Shown: positions 10,463 through 21,304, counted from the stretch's first letter. The stretch: 64,000 nucleotides of DNA from Rhodospirillaceae bacterium (GCA_038127535.1 JAYPHU010000016.1:8019-72018); one strand, 5' to 3'. A program made the numbers and translations. The notes: generated from the sequence alone by a model not told the origin.

Positions 10463-10497
10463 GTCACCCCCGAGTTGCGAAGCAATTCGGGGGTGAC
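10463..10497. terminator. Perfect 11-bp-stem hairpin between convergent genes (REP-like, probably a bidirectional terminator)
   Basis: GTCACCCCCGA-gttgcgaagcaat-TCGGGGGTGAC. Related copies at 57595-57733. Confidence 0.6.
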
Positions 10498-10512
10498 GAA
10501 CAAGAGCAGTCA

Positions 10513-13194
10513 TCAAGCGTCCACGGACTCCTTGACCAGCGACAGCGCCGCTTGCGCAGCCGCCAAACGCGCGATCGGCACCCGGTAGGGCGAACAGGAC
10601 ACATAATCGAGACCGACCGACTGGCAGAAATGCACGGAGGCCGGATCGCCGCCATGTTCGCCGCAGATGCCCAGCTTGATGTCCGGGCGGGTGGCGCGGC
10701 CACGCTCGGTGGCAAGCTTCACCAGTTCGCCGACGCCATCTCGGTCGACGGTGACGAACGGGTCTTTTTCGTAGATGCCCTGGTCCGTGTAGCGTTCCAG
10801 GAAGGAGCCTGAATCGTCCCGGCTGAGCCCGAACGTGGTCTGGGTCAGATCGTTGGTGCCGAAGGAAAAGAATTCCGCCCCCTCGGCGATCTGCCCGGCC
10901 ATCAGCGCCGCGCGGGGCAATTCGATCATGGTGCCGGTGAGGTACGTCAATTCGGCGCCGGTCTCTTCCGACACGTCCGCCGCCACCCGATCCACCATGT
11001 CTTTCAGGATGTCAAATTCCTGGCGCGTGCCGACCAGCGGGATCATTACCTCGGGCACGACCGTGTCGCCGGTGTCCTTGCTGACGGCGGCGGCGGCCTC
11101 AAAGATCGCGCGGCACTGCATCTCGTAGATTTCCGGATACATGATGCCGAGCCGGCAGCCGCGAAGGCCTAGCATCGGGTTCGATTCATGGAGCGCACTG
11201 GCCCGGGCCCGGACTTCGGCCACATCCGTGCAGGCGGCATCCGCCACCTCTGTCATTTCCTCGTCCTTGGTAGGGAGGAATTCATGCAGCGGCGGGTCCA
11301 GCAGCCGGATGGTCACCGGCAGGCCCTTCATAATGTGGAACAGTTCGGTAAAGTCGCCCCGCTGATAGGGGAGCAGTTTGGCGAGCGCGGCGCGGCGGCC
11401 ATCTTCATCGCCGGCCAGGATCATTTCCCGCATATTGATGATGCGTTCCGGATCAAAGAACATGTGCTCCGTCCGACACAGGCCAATGCCTTCAGCGCCG
11501 AACTTGATGGCGGTTTCGGCGTCTTCCGGAGTTTCGGCGTTGGTGCGCACGCCCATGGTGCGGATGTCATCCACCCAGGACATGAGCGTGCCGAAATCGC
11601 CGGTCAGCTCCGGCTGGATCGTATCGACCGAGCCCATCATCACTTCCCCGCGGGTGCCATCGATGGTGATCACGTCGCCGGCTTTCACATTCAGCCCGCC
11701 GGCGCTGAGCATTTGTTCATTGTAGTCGACGCGCAGATCACCGGCGCCCGCCACACACGGCCGGCCCATGCCGCGGGCCACCACAGCGGCGTGACTGGTC
11801 ATGCCGCCCCGCGTGGTCAGAATGCCTTCCGCCGCGTGCATGCCGCCGATATCCTCCGGGCTGGTCTCGACCCGGACCAGGATGACCCGTTCGCCCTTGG
11901 ACGCCATCACTTCGGCATCGTCCGCCGAGAACGCCACCTTGCCCGACGCCGCGCCGGGGGACGCCGGCAGGCCCTTGCCCAGCACATTGCGGGGCGCATC
12001 CGGGTCCAGCGTCGGGTGCAGCAATTGATCAAGGGCAGCAGGATCGACCCGGCCTACGGCTTCTTCTTTGGTAATAAAGCCGGCCTCGGCCATTTCCACG
12101 GCGATTTTCAGCGCCGCCTTGGCGGTGCGCTTGCCGTTGCGGGTCTGGAGCATCCACAGCGTGCCGTCCTGCACGGTGAATTCCATATCCTGCATGTCCT
12201 TATAGTGGCCTTCCAGCTTCTCGCGGATTTCGCAAAGCTCGGCAAAGATGCGCGGCATGCTCTCTTCCATCGTCGGCAGATCCGTCTGGTTCTGGCTTTT
12301 CTCCGCAATGGTCAGGGGCTGCGGCGTACGGATACCGGCCACCACGTCCTCGCCCTGGGCGTTAATCAGGTATTCGCCATAGAAGGCGTTGTCGCCGTTG
12401 GACGGATTACGGGTGAAGCAAACGCCGGTCGCAGACGTGTCGCCCATATTGCCGAACACCATGGACTGCACGTTGACCGCCGTGCCCCATTCCTCGGGGA
12501 TGTCGTGCAGCTTGCGGTAGATCTTCGCCCGGTCGTTCATCCAGCTGCCGAACACGGCGCTGATCGCGCCCCACAATTGATCGTGGGGGTCTTGGGGGAA
12601 CGGTGCGCCCAGCTCTTCCTCCACCTTTTCGGCGAAAGCGGCGGCGACCTCTTTCCAGTCTTCCGCCGTCAGGTCCGTATCCATGTCCAGGTCCTTGTCT
12701 TCCTTGTGGTCGGCCAGGATGTCTTCGAAGTGATAATGCTCCACCCCCAGGACCACGTCGCCGTACATCTGGATGAACCGGCGGTAGCTGTCATAAGCGA
12801 AGCGTTCGTCGCCGCTGGCCTTGGCCAGGCCCAAGACCGTCTGATCGTTCAGCCCTAAGTTCAGGACCGTATCCATCATGCCCGGCATGGAGGCCCGGGC
12901 GCCGGAGCGCACGCTCACCAGCAGCGGATTTTCCGGATCGCCGAACTTGGCGCCCATGATCTCTTCGATCTGGGCCAGCGCGGCGTTGATCTCGTCTTTC
13001 AGCGTGTCGGTATAGGTCTCCCCGTTTTGGGTGTAGTAGGTGCAGACCTCGGTGGTGATTGTGAAGCCCGGCGGCACCGGCAGGCCCAGGCTCGACATTT
13101 CGGCAAGGTTCGCGCCCTTGCCGCCCAACAGGTTGCGCATATCGGCGCGGCCCTCGGCGGAGCCGCCACCGAAGGCATAAACGTGTTTACTCAA
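10513..13194 (-). CDS. ppdK: Pyruvate, phosphate dikinase
   Basis: [22 protein letters not shown]-terminus, [13 protein letters not shown] phospho-His motif, 893 aa. TTG start overlapping the glyS stop (TTGA). Confidence 0.95.
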   Translation of the reverse strand: MSKHVYAFGGGSAEGRADMRNLLGGKGANLAEMSSLGLPVPPGFTITTEVCTYYTQNGETYTDTLKDEINAALAQIEEIMGAKFGDPENPLLVSVRSGARASMPGMMDTVLNLGLNDQTVLGLAKASGDERFAYDSYRRFIQMYGDVVLGVEHYHFEDILADHKEDKDLDMDTDLTAEDWKEVAAAFAEKVEEELGAPFPQDPHDQLWGAISAVFGSWMNDRAKIYRKLHDIPEEWGTAVNVQSMVFGNMGDTSATGVCFTRNPSNGDNAFYGEYLINAQGEDVVAGIRTPQPLTIAEKSQNQTDLPTMEESMPRIFAELCEIREKLEGHYKDMQDMEFTVQDGTLWMLQTRNGKRTAKAALKIAVEMAEAGFITKEEAVGRVDPAALDQLLHPTLDPDAPRNVLGKGLPASPGAASGKVAFSADDAEVMASKGERVILVRVETSPEDIGGMHAAEGILTTRGGMTSHAAVVARGMGRPCVAGAGDLRVDYNEQMLSAGGLNVKAGDVITIDGTRGEVMMGSVDTIQPELTGDFGTLMSWVDDIRTMGVRTNAETPEDAETAIKFGAEGIGLCRTEHMFFDPERIINMREMILAGDEDGRRAALAKLLPYQRGDFTELFHIMKGLPVTIRLLDPPLHEFLPTKDEEMTEVADAACTDVAEVRARASALHESNPMLGLRGCRLGIMYPEIYEMQCRAIFEAAAAVSKDTGDTVVPEVMIPLVGTRQEFDILKDMVDRVAADVSEETGAELTYLTGTMIELPRAALMAGQIAEGAEFFSFGTNDLTQTTFGLSRDDSGSFLERYTDQGIYEKDPFVTVDRDGVGELVKLATERGRATRPDIKLGICGEHGGDPASVHFCQSVGLDYVSCSPYRVPIARLAAAQAALSLVKESVDA

Positions 13195-15284
13195 CGCTCT
13201 CCTCCTTCAATTTGAGAAAAGTCGGCGATCTGGTTCATGGAAGATCTGATCAGGCTCAACAGTTTCAATCTATTCGCCCGGACGCCTGCATCGTCTGCAT
13301 TAACGGTGACGTCATCGAAAAATTTATCGACCAGCGCGCGGGTTGACGCCAGTTCCCGCATCACGCCAGCAAAGTCTTCATCGTCCAAGGCGATTTTAAC
13401 CTTCGGGGCTGATTCCACCAACGATTCATATAGCTCGGATTCCGCCTTTTCGCTCAACAACTTATCGTCGATGCCGTCTTCATGGTGATAATTGACATCG
13501 TCTTTTTTCTCTTCGATTCGCAAAATATTGGCGGCCCGCTTGTACGCCGTCAGCAGATTGGCCCCGTCGTCGGTCTCCAAAAACGCACCCAAAGCCTCGA
13601 CCCGGGCCAAGAGACGGATCAGATCATCCTCCGCGCCGTCTTCACTTTTCTGCAGGAAGACAGCGGTGATCAGGTCATGGCGTACGCCCTGTTCACGCAA
13701 ATGCACTTTCAGCCGGTCGGCGAAGAAGGACAACAAATCGGCAAGCTCGGCCTCGCCGTCTCTCTCCAGCCGGATATCCTGGCCCAGCAGCGAATTGATA
13801 AAGGTTTTCCTGAGCGGCAGGCGCAGTTTGTTCTCCACCACCAGCCGGATCACGCCCAGCGCGGCGCGGCGGAGCGCGAACGGGTCCTTGGAGCCGGTGG
13901 GTTTCTCATCAATCGCCCAGAAACCGACCAGCGTATCGATCTTGTCGGCCAGGGCCACGGCGACGCTGACCGGTGCGGTCGGGCAGGCATCCGACGGCCC
14001 CAAGGGCGAATAGTGCTCGGCGATGGCTTGGGCGACCTCGTCCGATTCCCCGTCATGCTGGGCGTAATAGCGGCCCATGATGCCCTGAACTTCCGGAAAC
14101 TCGGTGACCATGCCGGTGACCAGGTCCGCCTTGGCGAGCCGGGCGGCGGAGCGCACCTTGTCCTTGTCCGCGCCGATGACGCCGGCGATCTCCGCGGCCA
14201 GCGCCTGCACCCTGTCGACCTTTTCATCCAGGCTGCCCAGTTTGGCGTGGAAGGTGATGTCTTTCAGTTGCGGCGCGCATGACGCCAGGGATTGTTTCCT
14301 GTCCTGATCCCAGAAGAACTTGGCGTCGGCGAGACGCGCCCGCAGCACGCGCTCATTCCCGGCGACGATGGCCGCGCCGCCGTCCGGGGTTTCCTTGTTG
14401 GCCACCAGGATGAACTTGTTGGCGAACGCGCCATCCTTGGTCTCCAGCGAGAAATACTTCTGGTTCTTGCGCATGGTCGCGGTCAGCACTTCCGGCGGCA
14501 CGTCCATGAACTCGTCGTCGATGCCTCCCTTTAGGACCACTGGCCATTCCACAAGCCCGGCCACCTCGTCCAGCAATGCAGGATCGTCTCTGAGGACCAA
14601 ACCCTCGTTGGCGGCGAGGGCCTCCGCATCCGCCTTGATCTTGGCCTTGCGGTCTTCCGGATCGATCAGGACAAAGCCCGTCTCCAGGGATTTTTTGTAG
14701 TCGGCAAAGTCTTTGACCGAGACCAATGCGTCGGTGAGGAACCGGTGGCCCTTGGTGTGGCGATCCGCCTCGAACGCGCCGAAGCTCACCGGCACCACGT
14801 CGCCATCGAACAGGCATAGAATACTGTGGATCGGCCTCACCCAGCGCTCCGCATAGTCGGCCCAGCGCATGGATTTTGGCCAGGGCAGCTTTTGCATGGC
14901 GTCTTCGATGACGTCTTTCAGCAACTCCGCCGTCGCCTGCCCCTTCTTCTCGATCACCGCGAAGTAGAACTCGCCCTTATCGGTTTCCCGCTTTTCCACC
15001 TGATCCAGGGTGAGCCCGATGGAGCCCAGGAACCCCTCCACCGCTTTTTCCGGCGCGTCCGTGCGCGGGCCCCGGCGTTCCTCGGAGATATCGGGCGTGC
15101 GCTCCGGCAATTTGTCTACGACGAGCGTCAGCCGCCGGGGCGTGGCGTATAAGTCGGCGCTGTCAAATTCCAGACCGGCCGCTTTCAGCCCGTCGTTGAC
15201 CAGCCGCTTCAGGTCAGCCGCCGCCTGGGCCTGCATTCGCGCGGGGATTTCCTCGGACAGGATTTCAAGAAGGAGTTCAGGCAT
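13191..15284 (-). CDS. glyS: Glycine--tRNA ligase beta subunit
   Basis: [18 protein letters not shown] canonical GlyS N-terminus. I place the start at ATG 15284 rather than ORF-track 15302. Confidence 0.9.
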   Translation of the reverse strand: MPELLLEILSEEIPARMQAQAAADLKRLVNDGLKAAGLEFDSADLYATPRRLTLVVDKLPERTPDISEERRGPRTDAPEKAVEGFLGSIGLTLDQVEKRETDKGEFYFAVIEKKGQATAELLKDVIEDAMQKLPWPKSMRWADYAERWVRPIHSILCLFDGDVVPVSFGAFEADRHTKGHRFLTDALVSVKDFADYKKSLETGFVLIDPEDRKAKIKADAEALAANEGLVLRDDPALLDEVAGLVEWPVVLKGGIDDEFMDVPPEVLTATMRKNQKYFSLETKDGAFANKFILVANKETPDGGAAIVAGNERVLRARLADAKFFWDQDRKQSLASCAPQLKDITFHAKLGSLDEKVDRVQALAAEIAGVIGADKDKVRSAARLAKADLVTGMVTEFPEVQGIMGRYYAQHDGESDEVAQAIAEHYSPLGPSDACPTAPVSVAVALADKIDTLVGFWAIDEKPTGSKDPFALRRAALGVIRLVVENKLRLPLRKTFINSLLGQDIRLERDGEAELADLLSFFADRLKVHLREQGVRHDLITAVFLQKSEDGAEDDLIRLLARVEALGAFLETDDGANLLTAYKRAANILRIEEKKDDVNYHHEDGIDDKLLSEKAESELYESLVESAPKVKIALDDEDFAGVMRELASTRALVDKFFDDVTVNADDAGVRANRLKLLSLIRSSMNQIADFSQIEGGER

Positions 15285-15441
15285 TTTACCTATACCCCCC
15301 ATCCGGCCTCAACGGGCCACCTTCCCCCGCAAGGGCGGAAGCGGGAAACTGCGGCGCATCGCCCTCCCCCCTCGCAGGGGAGGGTGCGGGGGCCGGGCGC
15401 AGCCCGGACAACGCGGGTGGGGGGGGGTGACGTCAAAACAC
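15285..15441. repeat. GC-rich palindromic intergenic element (REP-like) between glyQ and glyS
   Basis: Plus strand: ccctcccccctcgcaggggaggg (stem CCCTCCCC/GGGGAGGG), cttcccccgcaagggcggaag, and a G9 run. Confidence 0.6.
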
Positions 15442-16332
15442 TCATCCCGCGTCCCCCTGGCTTTCAATCCACTTCTCGCAGCAGCCTTTGGCGAGCGCCC
15501 GCACCCGCGCGATATAGGCCTGGCGTTCGGTCACGCTGATGACGCCGCGGGCGTCCAGCAAGTTGAACCGGTGGGACGCCTTTATGCACTGATCATAGGC
15601 CGGCAGCGCCAGATCGGCGGCCAGTAGCGCCTCGCACTCTCTCTCCGCGTCCTCGAATTCCCGGGTCAGCATCGCCGTGTCGGCATGTTCGAAATTGTGG
15701 GCGGAGAATTCCTGTTCCGCCTGCAGGAACACGTCGCCGTATTTTGCGCCCTTCCCATTCCAGTCCAGGTCATAGACGTTTTCCACGCCCTGGATGTACA
15801 TGGCGAGCCGCTCAAGCCCATAGGTCAGCTCGGCCGCCACCGGCGCGCAGTCGATGCCGCCCACCTGCTGGAAATAAGTAAACTGGCTGACTTCCATGCC
15901 GTCGCACCAGACCTCCCAGCCTAGGCCCCAGGCGCCCAGCGTCGGGCTTTCCCAGTCATCCTCGACAAAGCGGATGTCGTGGTGGTCCTTGTCGATGCCC
16001 AGCTCATAGAGGCTGTTGAGATACAGGTCCTGCACGTCCGGCGGGGACGGCTTCAGGATCACCTGGAACTGATAATAGTGCTGCAGCCGGTTGGGGTTCT
16101 CGCCGTAGCGCCCGTCGGTCGGCCGCCGGGACGGCTGCACATAGGCGGCGTTCCACGGCTTGGGCCCGAGCGCACGCAAGGTGGTCGCCGGGTGAAACGT
16201 CCCCGCGCCCATTTCCATGTCATAGGGCTGCAGAATGACGCAGCCGTAATCGGCCCAATAGGCCTGTAATTTCAGGATCAGGGACTGAAAATCCACGCCC
16301 GACGCCTGAACTTTTTGGGGTTCGGTCCCCAT
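15442..16332 (-). CDS. glyQ: Glycine--tRNA ligase alpha subunit
   Basis: [34 protein letters not shown], highly conserved GlyQ sequence. Confidence 0.95.
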   Translation of the reverse strand: MGTEPQKVQASGVDFQSLILKLQAYWADYGCVILQPYDMEMGAGTFHPATTLRALGPKPWNAAYVQPSRRPTDGRYGENPNRLQHYYQFQVILKPSPPDVQDLYLNSLYELGIDKDHHDIRFVEDDWESPTLGAWGLGWEVWCDGMEVSQFTYFQQVGGIDCAPVAAELTYGLERLAMYIQGVENVYDLDWNGKGAKYGDVFLQAEQEFSAHNFEHADTAMLTREFEDAERECEALLAADLALPAYDQCIKASHRFNLLDARGVISVTERQAYIARVRALAKGCCEKWIESQGDAG

Positions 16333-16475
16333 CGTTCGTTCCAGTGATTTTTATGTGGAATTTGCTGGTGGGTTGATACTTGGACGAGCCCGGAGAATCA
16401 AGCGGGTTGGGCCGATTTATCGCGGCCGAAAATTTGATTGCCTTACGCCGCGAGTTGCCAATTTAATAGCCCTTC

Positions 16476-17300
16476 ATGACAGACAAGGTCGATACCGCCA
16501 GCGCCCCCTATTTTGAGGGAATCTACGGCATGACTGCCAACCCCACCCGTCAGGTTTTCATGATAGGGCTCGTGTGGCGTGTGGCCCTGGACCTGGGCGG
16601 GCGGGGCATTGATATTCTGGAGGTAGGCTCCTGGGCCGGCGCCTCGGCGTTGACCTGGGGCCAGGCGCTGGAAATTCACAATGAGGGACGAGGGGCGCTG
16701 ACCTGCATCGATGCGTGGCAGCCCTATTACGCCCAAGAGGAAATCCCCGACGACGTCAGCCAGGAGATCAACGCCGCCCTCGAGACCAACGAACCGTATC
16801 AGATATTCTCCGACAATATGCGCTTTCTGCCGCCGGGCACCGACTTGAGGGTCCGGCGCGGCTGGTCAACAGACATCCTGCCAAGCTTGGCCGCGGAAAC
16901 ATACGACATTGTCTATTTGGACGGCGATCATTGTTACGCCGGCATCAGCGCCGATCTGGACAGCGGATGCCGGCTCGTCCGGGACGGCGGCGTCATCTGC
17001 GGCGACGATCTGGAACTTCAGGGTCATCAGGTTGACGCATCCATTGCAGCCCAGCGGCCGAAGCTGGATAAGCAGCGGGATGAGGCATCGGGCACCGTGT
17101 TCCATCCTGGCGTCACCCTCGCTGTGGCCGAACGGTTTGGGGAGGTGTCGGCCTGGAACGGTTTCTGGGCCATGCGAAAAGTGGCGGACAGCTGGCAGCG
17201 GGTGAACCTGCGGGGCATGCCGGCGCACTTCCCAAACCATCTATCACCCAAAAATCTGATGGGATTGAAGGCCTATCTGATGCAGCACGGGCTGATTTAA
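16476..17300 (+). CDS. Class I SAM-dependent methyltransferase (Methyltransf_24-like)
   Basis: DILEVGSWAGASAL (motif I-like) and YDIVYLDGDHCYAG. Confidence 0.6.
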   Translation: MTDKVDTASAPYFEGIYGMTANPTRQVFMIGLVWRVALDLGGRGIDILEVGSWAGASALTWGQALEIHNEGRGALTCIDAWQPYYAQEEIPDDVSQEINAALETNEPYQIFSDNMRFLPPGTDLRVRRGWSTDILPSLAAETYDIVYLDGDHCYAGISADLDSGCRLVRDGGVICGDDLELQGHQVDASIAAQRPKLDKQRDEASGTVFHPGVTLAVAERFGEVSAWNGFWAMRKVADSWQRVNLRGMPAHFPNHLSPKNLMGLKAYLMQHGLI

Positions 17301-17308
17301 AGCCGGCC

Positions 17309-17686
17309 TTACATAAACTCGATCAGCTCGACACGTTCGCCGTCGGGGCCGTCAAAGAACAACTGCCGGCTGCCCCGATCCTCAAAGATATTGAACGAAA
17401 ACTCGACGCCTCGCTCTTCCAGCCGGGCCTTGGCGGCGTCGAAATCCGCAATCTCGAACGCCACATGGGCATTGCCGTAGACCGGCCCGTCCGCCGTCCC
17501 CCGTTCCGCCTGGGGCTGGAAGATGTGCACGACCGGAATGTCCCCGGCGTACATCCATTGCAGCGGGTTCTTGGCCTCCGGCGTCGCGCCGGCCGTGAGT
17601 CCCAGCACGTCCCGGTAAAACGCCACGGACGCGGTGATGTCCTGCGTCGCGACAGCGGTGTGATGGACGTGGCGAATGTTGGTCAT
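17309..17686 (-). CDS. VOC (glyoxalase/bleomycin resistance/dioxygenase) family protein
   Basis: IRHVHHTAVATQDITASVAFYRDVLGL..HVAFEIADFDAAKARLEERGV, a single betaalphabetabetabeta-pair architecture. Confidence 0.7.
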   Translation of the reverse strand: MTNIRHVHHTAVATQDITASVAFYRDVLGLTAGATPEAKNPLQWMYAGDIPVVHIFQPQAERGTADGPVYGNAHVAFEIADFDAAKARLEERGVEFSFNIFEDRGSRQLFFDGPDGERVELIEFM

Positions 17687-17695
17687 GAGAATGGC

Positions 17696-17935
17696 CTAAC
17701 CGGGCGGGTACGGGCAGTCGTCCTTGCCGCAGGCGCTTGAGCCATCCGGCACGTAATCGCCGCAGACCGCGCAGGCCTCCATATCAACCGAGCCCTCGTC
17801 TTTTTCGACCGGCGCGTCGGTCCTTACCTTCTTGGCAGGCTTGCCGCGGGCAAAGACCTTAAAGCCGTACCAGACGGCGGCGATGATCGCCAACAGGACG
17901 ATGATCTTGAGAGGGCTGAAACCAAACATGGCCAT
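17696..17935 (-). CDS. Small single-TM protein with a Cys-rich (CxxC...C..C) C-terminal tail
   Basis: MAMFGFSPLKIIVLLAIIAAVWYGFKVF TM helix, then CAVCGDYVPDGSSACGKDDCPYPP. The upstream part of ORF 17696..18145 runs through REP-like repeats, so the start is set at ATG 17935. Confidence 0.45.
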   Translation of the reverse strand: MAMFGFSPLKIIVLLAIIAAVWYGFKVFARGKPAKKVRTDAPVEKDEGSVDMEACAVCGDYVPDGSSACGKDDCPYPPG

Positions 17936-18055
17936 GGTTGTGCCCGCCGACAGCGTTTTCGTCAATGGATTGGTGTTGTTGCCCCCCATAGATCCGTCAT
18001 GCGCGGACCGGACGGCTTTGCCGTCCGTGATCCGCTTACCCCTGTTGAAAGGAGG

Positions 18056-18279
18056 ATGGGTCCACGGGTCAAGCCCGTGGATGACGGAGAAGAATGTTTG
18101 GGGGCGACGCGGGGAGAGCTGATTGGAGAATTCAATTAACCACAAAGTGCATGAAGTTCACGAAGGTCGGATTGGTCTCCGGCGGCTTCGTGTCCTTTGT
18201 GTCCTTCGTGTTTGAATAATATGGGTCCACGGGTCATACGCGGATCAAGTCCGCGCACAGGCCCCCGTGGATGACGAAC
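18056..18279. repeat. Cluster of REP-like palindromic elements
   Basis: Two copies of atgggtccacgggtca..cccgtggatgacg (18056-18088; 18222-18279, the second with a nested hairpin gcgga-tcaag-tccgc). An imperfect inverted repeat lies between them (cacaaag/cacgaagg ... cttcgtg/cctttgtg/ccttcgtg, 18141-18211). Confidence 0.6.
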
Positions 18280-18284
18280 AGGAG

Positions 18285-19145
18285 CTACAACCCGAACCTA
18301 TTCCAGATCAGCCGTTCCTCGACGGCGGCGATCAGGTTATCGGCCCAGGCGCGGGTGTCCATCTGGGGCGCGGACCAGACGCCCATCTTCTGCTTGAGCC
18401 AGCCCTTGCGCTCCTCGACCGGCACGAACCGGGTCTTGTCGCCGAATTTTTCCTGCATCACGGCTGTAATTTCACCCAGCCCGTCCACCAGGCCCAAGTC
18501 CAATGCGCGTTTACCGGTCCAGAACGCCCCGGTGAACAGTTCGTCTTCCGGTGCTCTCAGCTTCTCACCCCGGCGGGTGGTGACCAGATCGGTAAAGGTC
18601 TTGTAGACGTCTTGCTGCAGGTCCTTGAGCCGCGCCACGTCTTCCGGCTTTTCGTCCTGGAACGGATCGAGCATACCCTTACTTTCGCCGGCGGTGTGCA
18701 TCCGCCGCTCCACGCCGATCTTGCTCATCAACTCGGTAAAACCGAAGCCCGCGGAAATGACGCCGATGGAGCCCACGACCGAGCTTTCATCGGCGTAAAT
18801 CTCGTCCGCCGCGCAGGCCAGCATATAGCCGCCCGACGCCGCCACATCTTCGGCGAAGGCATAAACCGGAATGTCATTTTCCTCCGCCAGGGCGCGCACC
18901 CGCTTGAAAATCAGCGACGATTGCGCCGGGCTGCCGCCGGGGGAATTAATCTGCAAGGCGACGGCCTTAAGGTTTGAGAGCCCAAACGCGCGTTCCAGCG
19001 TACGCACCAGACCGGCGGCGGTCAGGCCCTGGCGGAGTGGCCCCCGCGCGCTGCCGATGACGCCGGTAAGCCGCACCACGGCGACCACCGGCTTCGGATT
19101 GCGAAAACCGGGCACCCGCCATTTTTCAAGGATTTGTCTGATCAT
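18285..19145 (-). CDS. S49 family serine peptidase (SppA-like, short form)
   Basis: INSPGGSPAQSS and VAASGGYMLACAAD motifs typical of S49/ClpP-fold signal-peptide peptidases. Confidence 0.8.
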   Translation of the reverse strand: MIRQILEKWRVPGFRNPKPVVAVVRLTGVIGSARGPLRQGLTAAGLVRTLERAFGLSNLKAVALQINSPGGSPAQSSLIFKRVRALAEENDIPVYAFAEDVAASGGYMLACAADEIYADESSVVGSIGVISAGFGFTELMSKIGVERRMHTAGESKGMLDPFQDEKPEDVARLKDLQQDVYKTFTDLVTTRRGEKLRAPEDELFTGAFWTGKRALDLGLVDGLGEITAVMQEKFGDKTRFVPVEERKGWLKQKMGVWSAPQMDTRAWADNLIAAVEERLIWNRFGL

Positions 19146-19187
19146 GTATAAAAGGTAGGCCGTCGTGTGCTCGGGCGCAACTGCCGC

Positions 19188-19913
19188 CTAGAGGATAAGG
19201 CCCTGCGCCGCCCGCAGGATGGCCTGGGCGTCGGCGGTAAAGTCGCCGTTGTCCCCGTGCAGCACGAGACCGTCGCGGATGTTCACGCCTGCCGCCGCCC
19301 CCTTAACGCCCTGGACGATCACCCGCTTGGCCCCCTCGCCCGCCGTTTTCGGCCACAGGGGAAAGACCTTGAGATCGCCCGCGCCTTTTTCCAGCGCGGC
19401 GACGACCTCCCCCTGCCGGTCAAAGCGGTGGATAAAGGTGACCGTGCCGCCGGACTTTACTTGTCCCAAACAAAAGGCTACCCAGTCCGCCAGCTTCGCG
19501 TCCCCTTCGACATTGGCTTGCCGCTTTGCCGGATCGGGCGGCGGGATGGCCGTGCCGGCAGCCAGATAGGGCGGATTGGCCATGACGTGATCGAACGGTC
19601 CACCGAGCTCCAGCGGTGAGAGAATATCGGCGGCGGCGAACCGCGCCCGATCGGAGAGCCCGCTCAAACCCGCGCCCTCCCCGGCCAATCCGATCAAATC
19701 CGCCAGCACATCGATGCCCGCGACCTGTACGCCGTCGACCCGCGACGCCAAACACAAAGCCGCCGCGCCGACGCCGCAGCCGGCGTCCAACACCCGGTCC
19801 CCGCTGTTGGCCGGAACGGCGGCGGCGAGAAATACCGGGTCAATGGCCGCGCGGTAGCCAGCATCGGGCTGGCGCAACACCACGCTTCCGTCCAGCAGCC
19901 GGTCTTCACTCAT
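19188..19913 (-). CDS. SAM-dependent methyltransferase with NPPY motif (tRNA m6A37 YfiC-like)
   Basis: VLDAGCGVGAAAL (motif I) and VMANPPYL (motif IV). Confidence 0.7.
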   Translation of the reverse strand: MSEDRLLDGSVVLRQPDAGYRAAIDPVFLAAAVPANSGDRVLDAGCGVGAAALCLASRVDGVQVAGIDVLADLIGLAGEGAGLSGLSDRARFAAADILSPLELGGPFDHVMANPPYLAAGTAIPPPDPAKRQANVEGDAKLADWVAFCLGQVKSGGTVTFIHRFDRQGEVVAALEKGAGDLKVFPLWPKTAGEGAKRVIVQGVKGAAAGVNIRDGLVLHGDNGDFTADAQAILRAAQGLIL

Positions 19914-20139
19914 CGAACAGGCTTAGCCCTTCGACCTCGGTTTGGGCTTCGGTGAGCACCCGGACGGCTTGCCCGTGATCGTCATCGTCCACCATCACCC
20001 GGCGCGGGATAGCGTTGGCGCTGCCTTCCAGGATGCTCATCTGGGTGTCCAGGACGAACGGTTCGATGCCGGCCTCGCCCAGCACGGCGCGCACCCAGGA
20101 CAGGAGAACCGGATCATTGGTTTTCAGAAGCTCTTTCAC
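19906..20139 (-). CDS. DUF2007-like small protein
   Basis: 77 aa, MKELLKTNDPVLLSWVRAVLGEAGIEPFVLD. 8-nt overlap with the downstream methyltransferase gene. Family call is from recall. Confidence 0.5.
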   Translation of the reverse strand: MKELLKTNDPVLLSWVRAVLGEAGIEPFVLDTQMSILEGSANAIPRRVMVDDDDHGQAVRVLTEAQTEVEGLSLFDE

Positions 20140-20212
20140 ACAATCGCCCCGAGGTTTTCACAATCCGGTCATGCGGGTTTTCCCACCTTGACCGGGCCGG
20201 AGTTCGGCACCT

Positions 20213-21304
20213 ATGCTCCGGGTTGACACGGCGGGCGTCAAGTTGAATAAGCCTGTCGTTGCAGCAAGGCCTGAAAAGGAACATCCCTTGGGAGTCGTCG
20301 TAAATCTCGACAGTGGCCAAGAACCGGGACCATCCCTGGACGCCCTGTCAGCCCTCACCGAACAAGACCTGAAGGACGTGAACGAGCTCATCGTTCGCTC
20401 GATGGACAGCCCGGTGGCGCTGATCCCGCAACTGGCCGGTCACATTGTGGCAGCCGGCGGCAAGCGCATCCGGCCGATGATGACCCTGGCCTCGGCCCGG
20501 CTCTGCGGCTACGAGGGCGACCGGCATAAGGGCCTGGCCGCCTGCGTCGAGTTCATTCACACTGCAACCCTACTCCATGACGATGTTGTGGACGAGAGCG
20601 ATCTGCGCCGGGGCCTGGCCTCCGCCAATGCGGTCTGGGGAAATCAGGCCAGCGTGCTGGTCGGCGATTTCCTGTTCAGCCGCGCCTTCGAACTGATGGT
20701 CGCGGACGGGTCCTTGCCGGTTCTCGCGGTGCTCTCCAAGGCCTCGTCGGTGATCGCAGAGGGCGAGGTGCTCCAGCTCATCACCAGCAATGACACGGAA
20801 ACCGGAGAGACCGCGTACCTGGAGGTCATCCGCTCCAAGACCGCACAATTGTTCTCCGCCGCCTGCCGCATCGGCGCGCTGGTGGCTGACCGGCCCAAGG
20901 TGGAAGAAGACGCGCTGGAAACCTTCGGCATGAACCTGGGCATCACGTTTCAGCTCATCGACGATGTACTCGACTATTCCGCCAAGCAGGCGACCCTGGG
21001 CAAGGCCGTGGGCGATGATTTCCGCGACGGCAAGATCACCCTGCCGGTAATCCTGGCTTTCCGCCGGGGAGATGACGAGGAACGCACCTTCTGGCGGCGC
21101 AGCCTGGAAGACCTGAACCAGAACGAGGGTGATCTGGAACACGCGATCGAGTTGATGACCAAGCACGGCGCGCTAGATGACGCGGTGGAGCGGGCCAGGC
21201 ACTACGGCGCCATCGCCCGGGACGCCATCGGCATCTTCGACGACTGCCCGGAAAAAGCGGCGCTGATCGATGCCGTCGATTTTTGCATCCACCGGGCGTA
21301 TTAA
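20213..21304 (+). CDS. ispB: Polyprenyl (octaprenyl-type) diphosphate synthase
   Basis: LLHDDVVDESDLRRG (first DDxxD) and FQLIDDVLDY (second DDxxD). The start is uncertain (an in-frame TTG at 20287 is an alternative). Confidence 0.85.
   Translation: MLRVDTAGVKLNKPVVAARPEKEHPLGVVVNLDSGQEPGPSLDALSALTEQDLKDVNELIVRSMDSPVALIPQLAGHIVAAGGKRIRPMMTLASARLCGYEGDRHKGLAACVEFIHTATLLHDDVVDESDLRRGLASANAVWGNQASVLVGDFLFSRAFELMVADGSLPVLAVLSKASSVIAEGEVLQLITSNDTETGETAYLEVIRSKTAQLFSAACRIGALVADRPKVEEDALETFGMNLGITFQLIDDVLDYSAKQATLGKAVGDDFRDGKITLPVILAFRRGDDEERTFWRRSLEDLNQNEGDLEHAIELMTKHGALDDAVERARHYGAIARDAIGIFDDCPEKAALIDAVDFCIHRAY

Noticed and set aside
11188-12858. 556-aa plus-strand ORF inside ppdK
   Set aside because: It is antisense to an unambiguous, highly conserved ppdK gene. 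The translation is Arg/Gly/Ala/His-rich and low in complexity, as expected for the reverse frame of a high-GC gene. I recognise no motifs.
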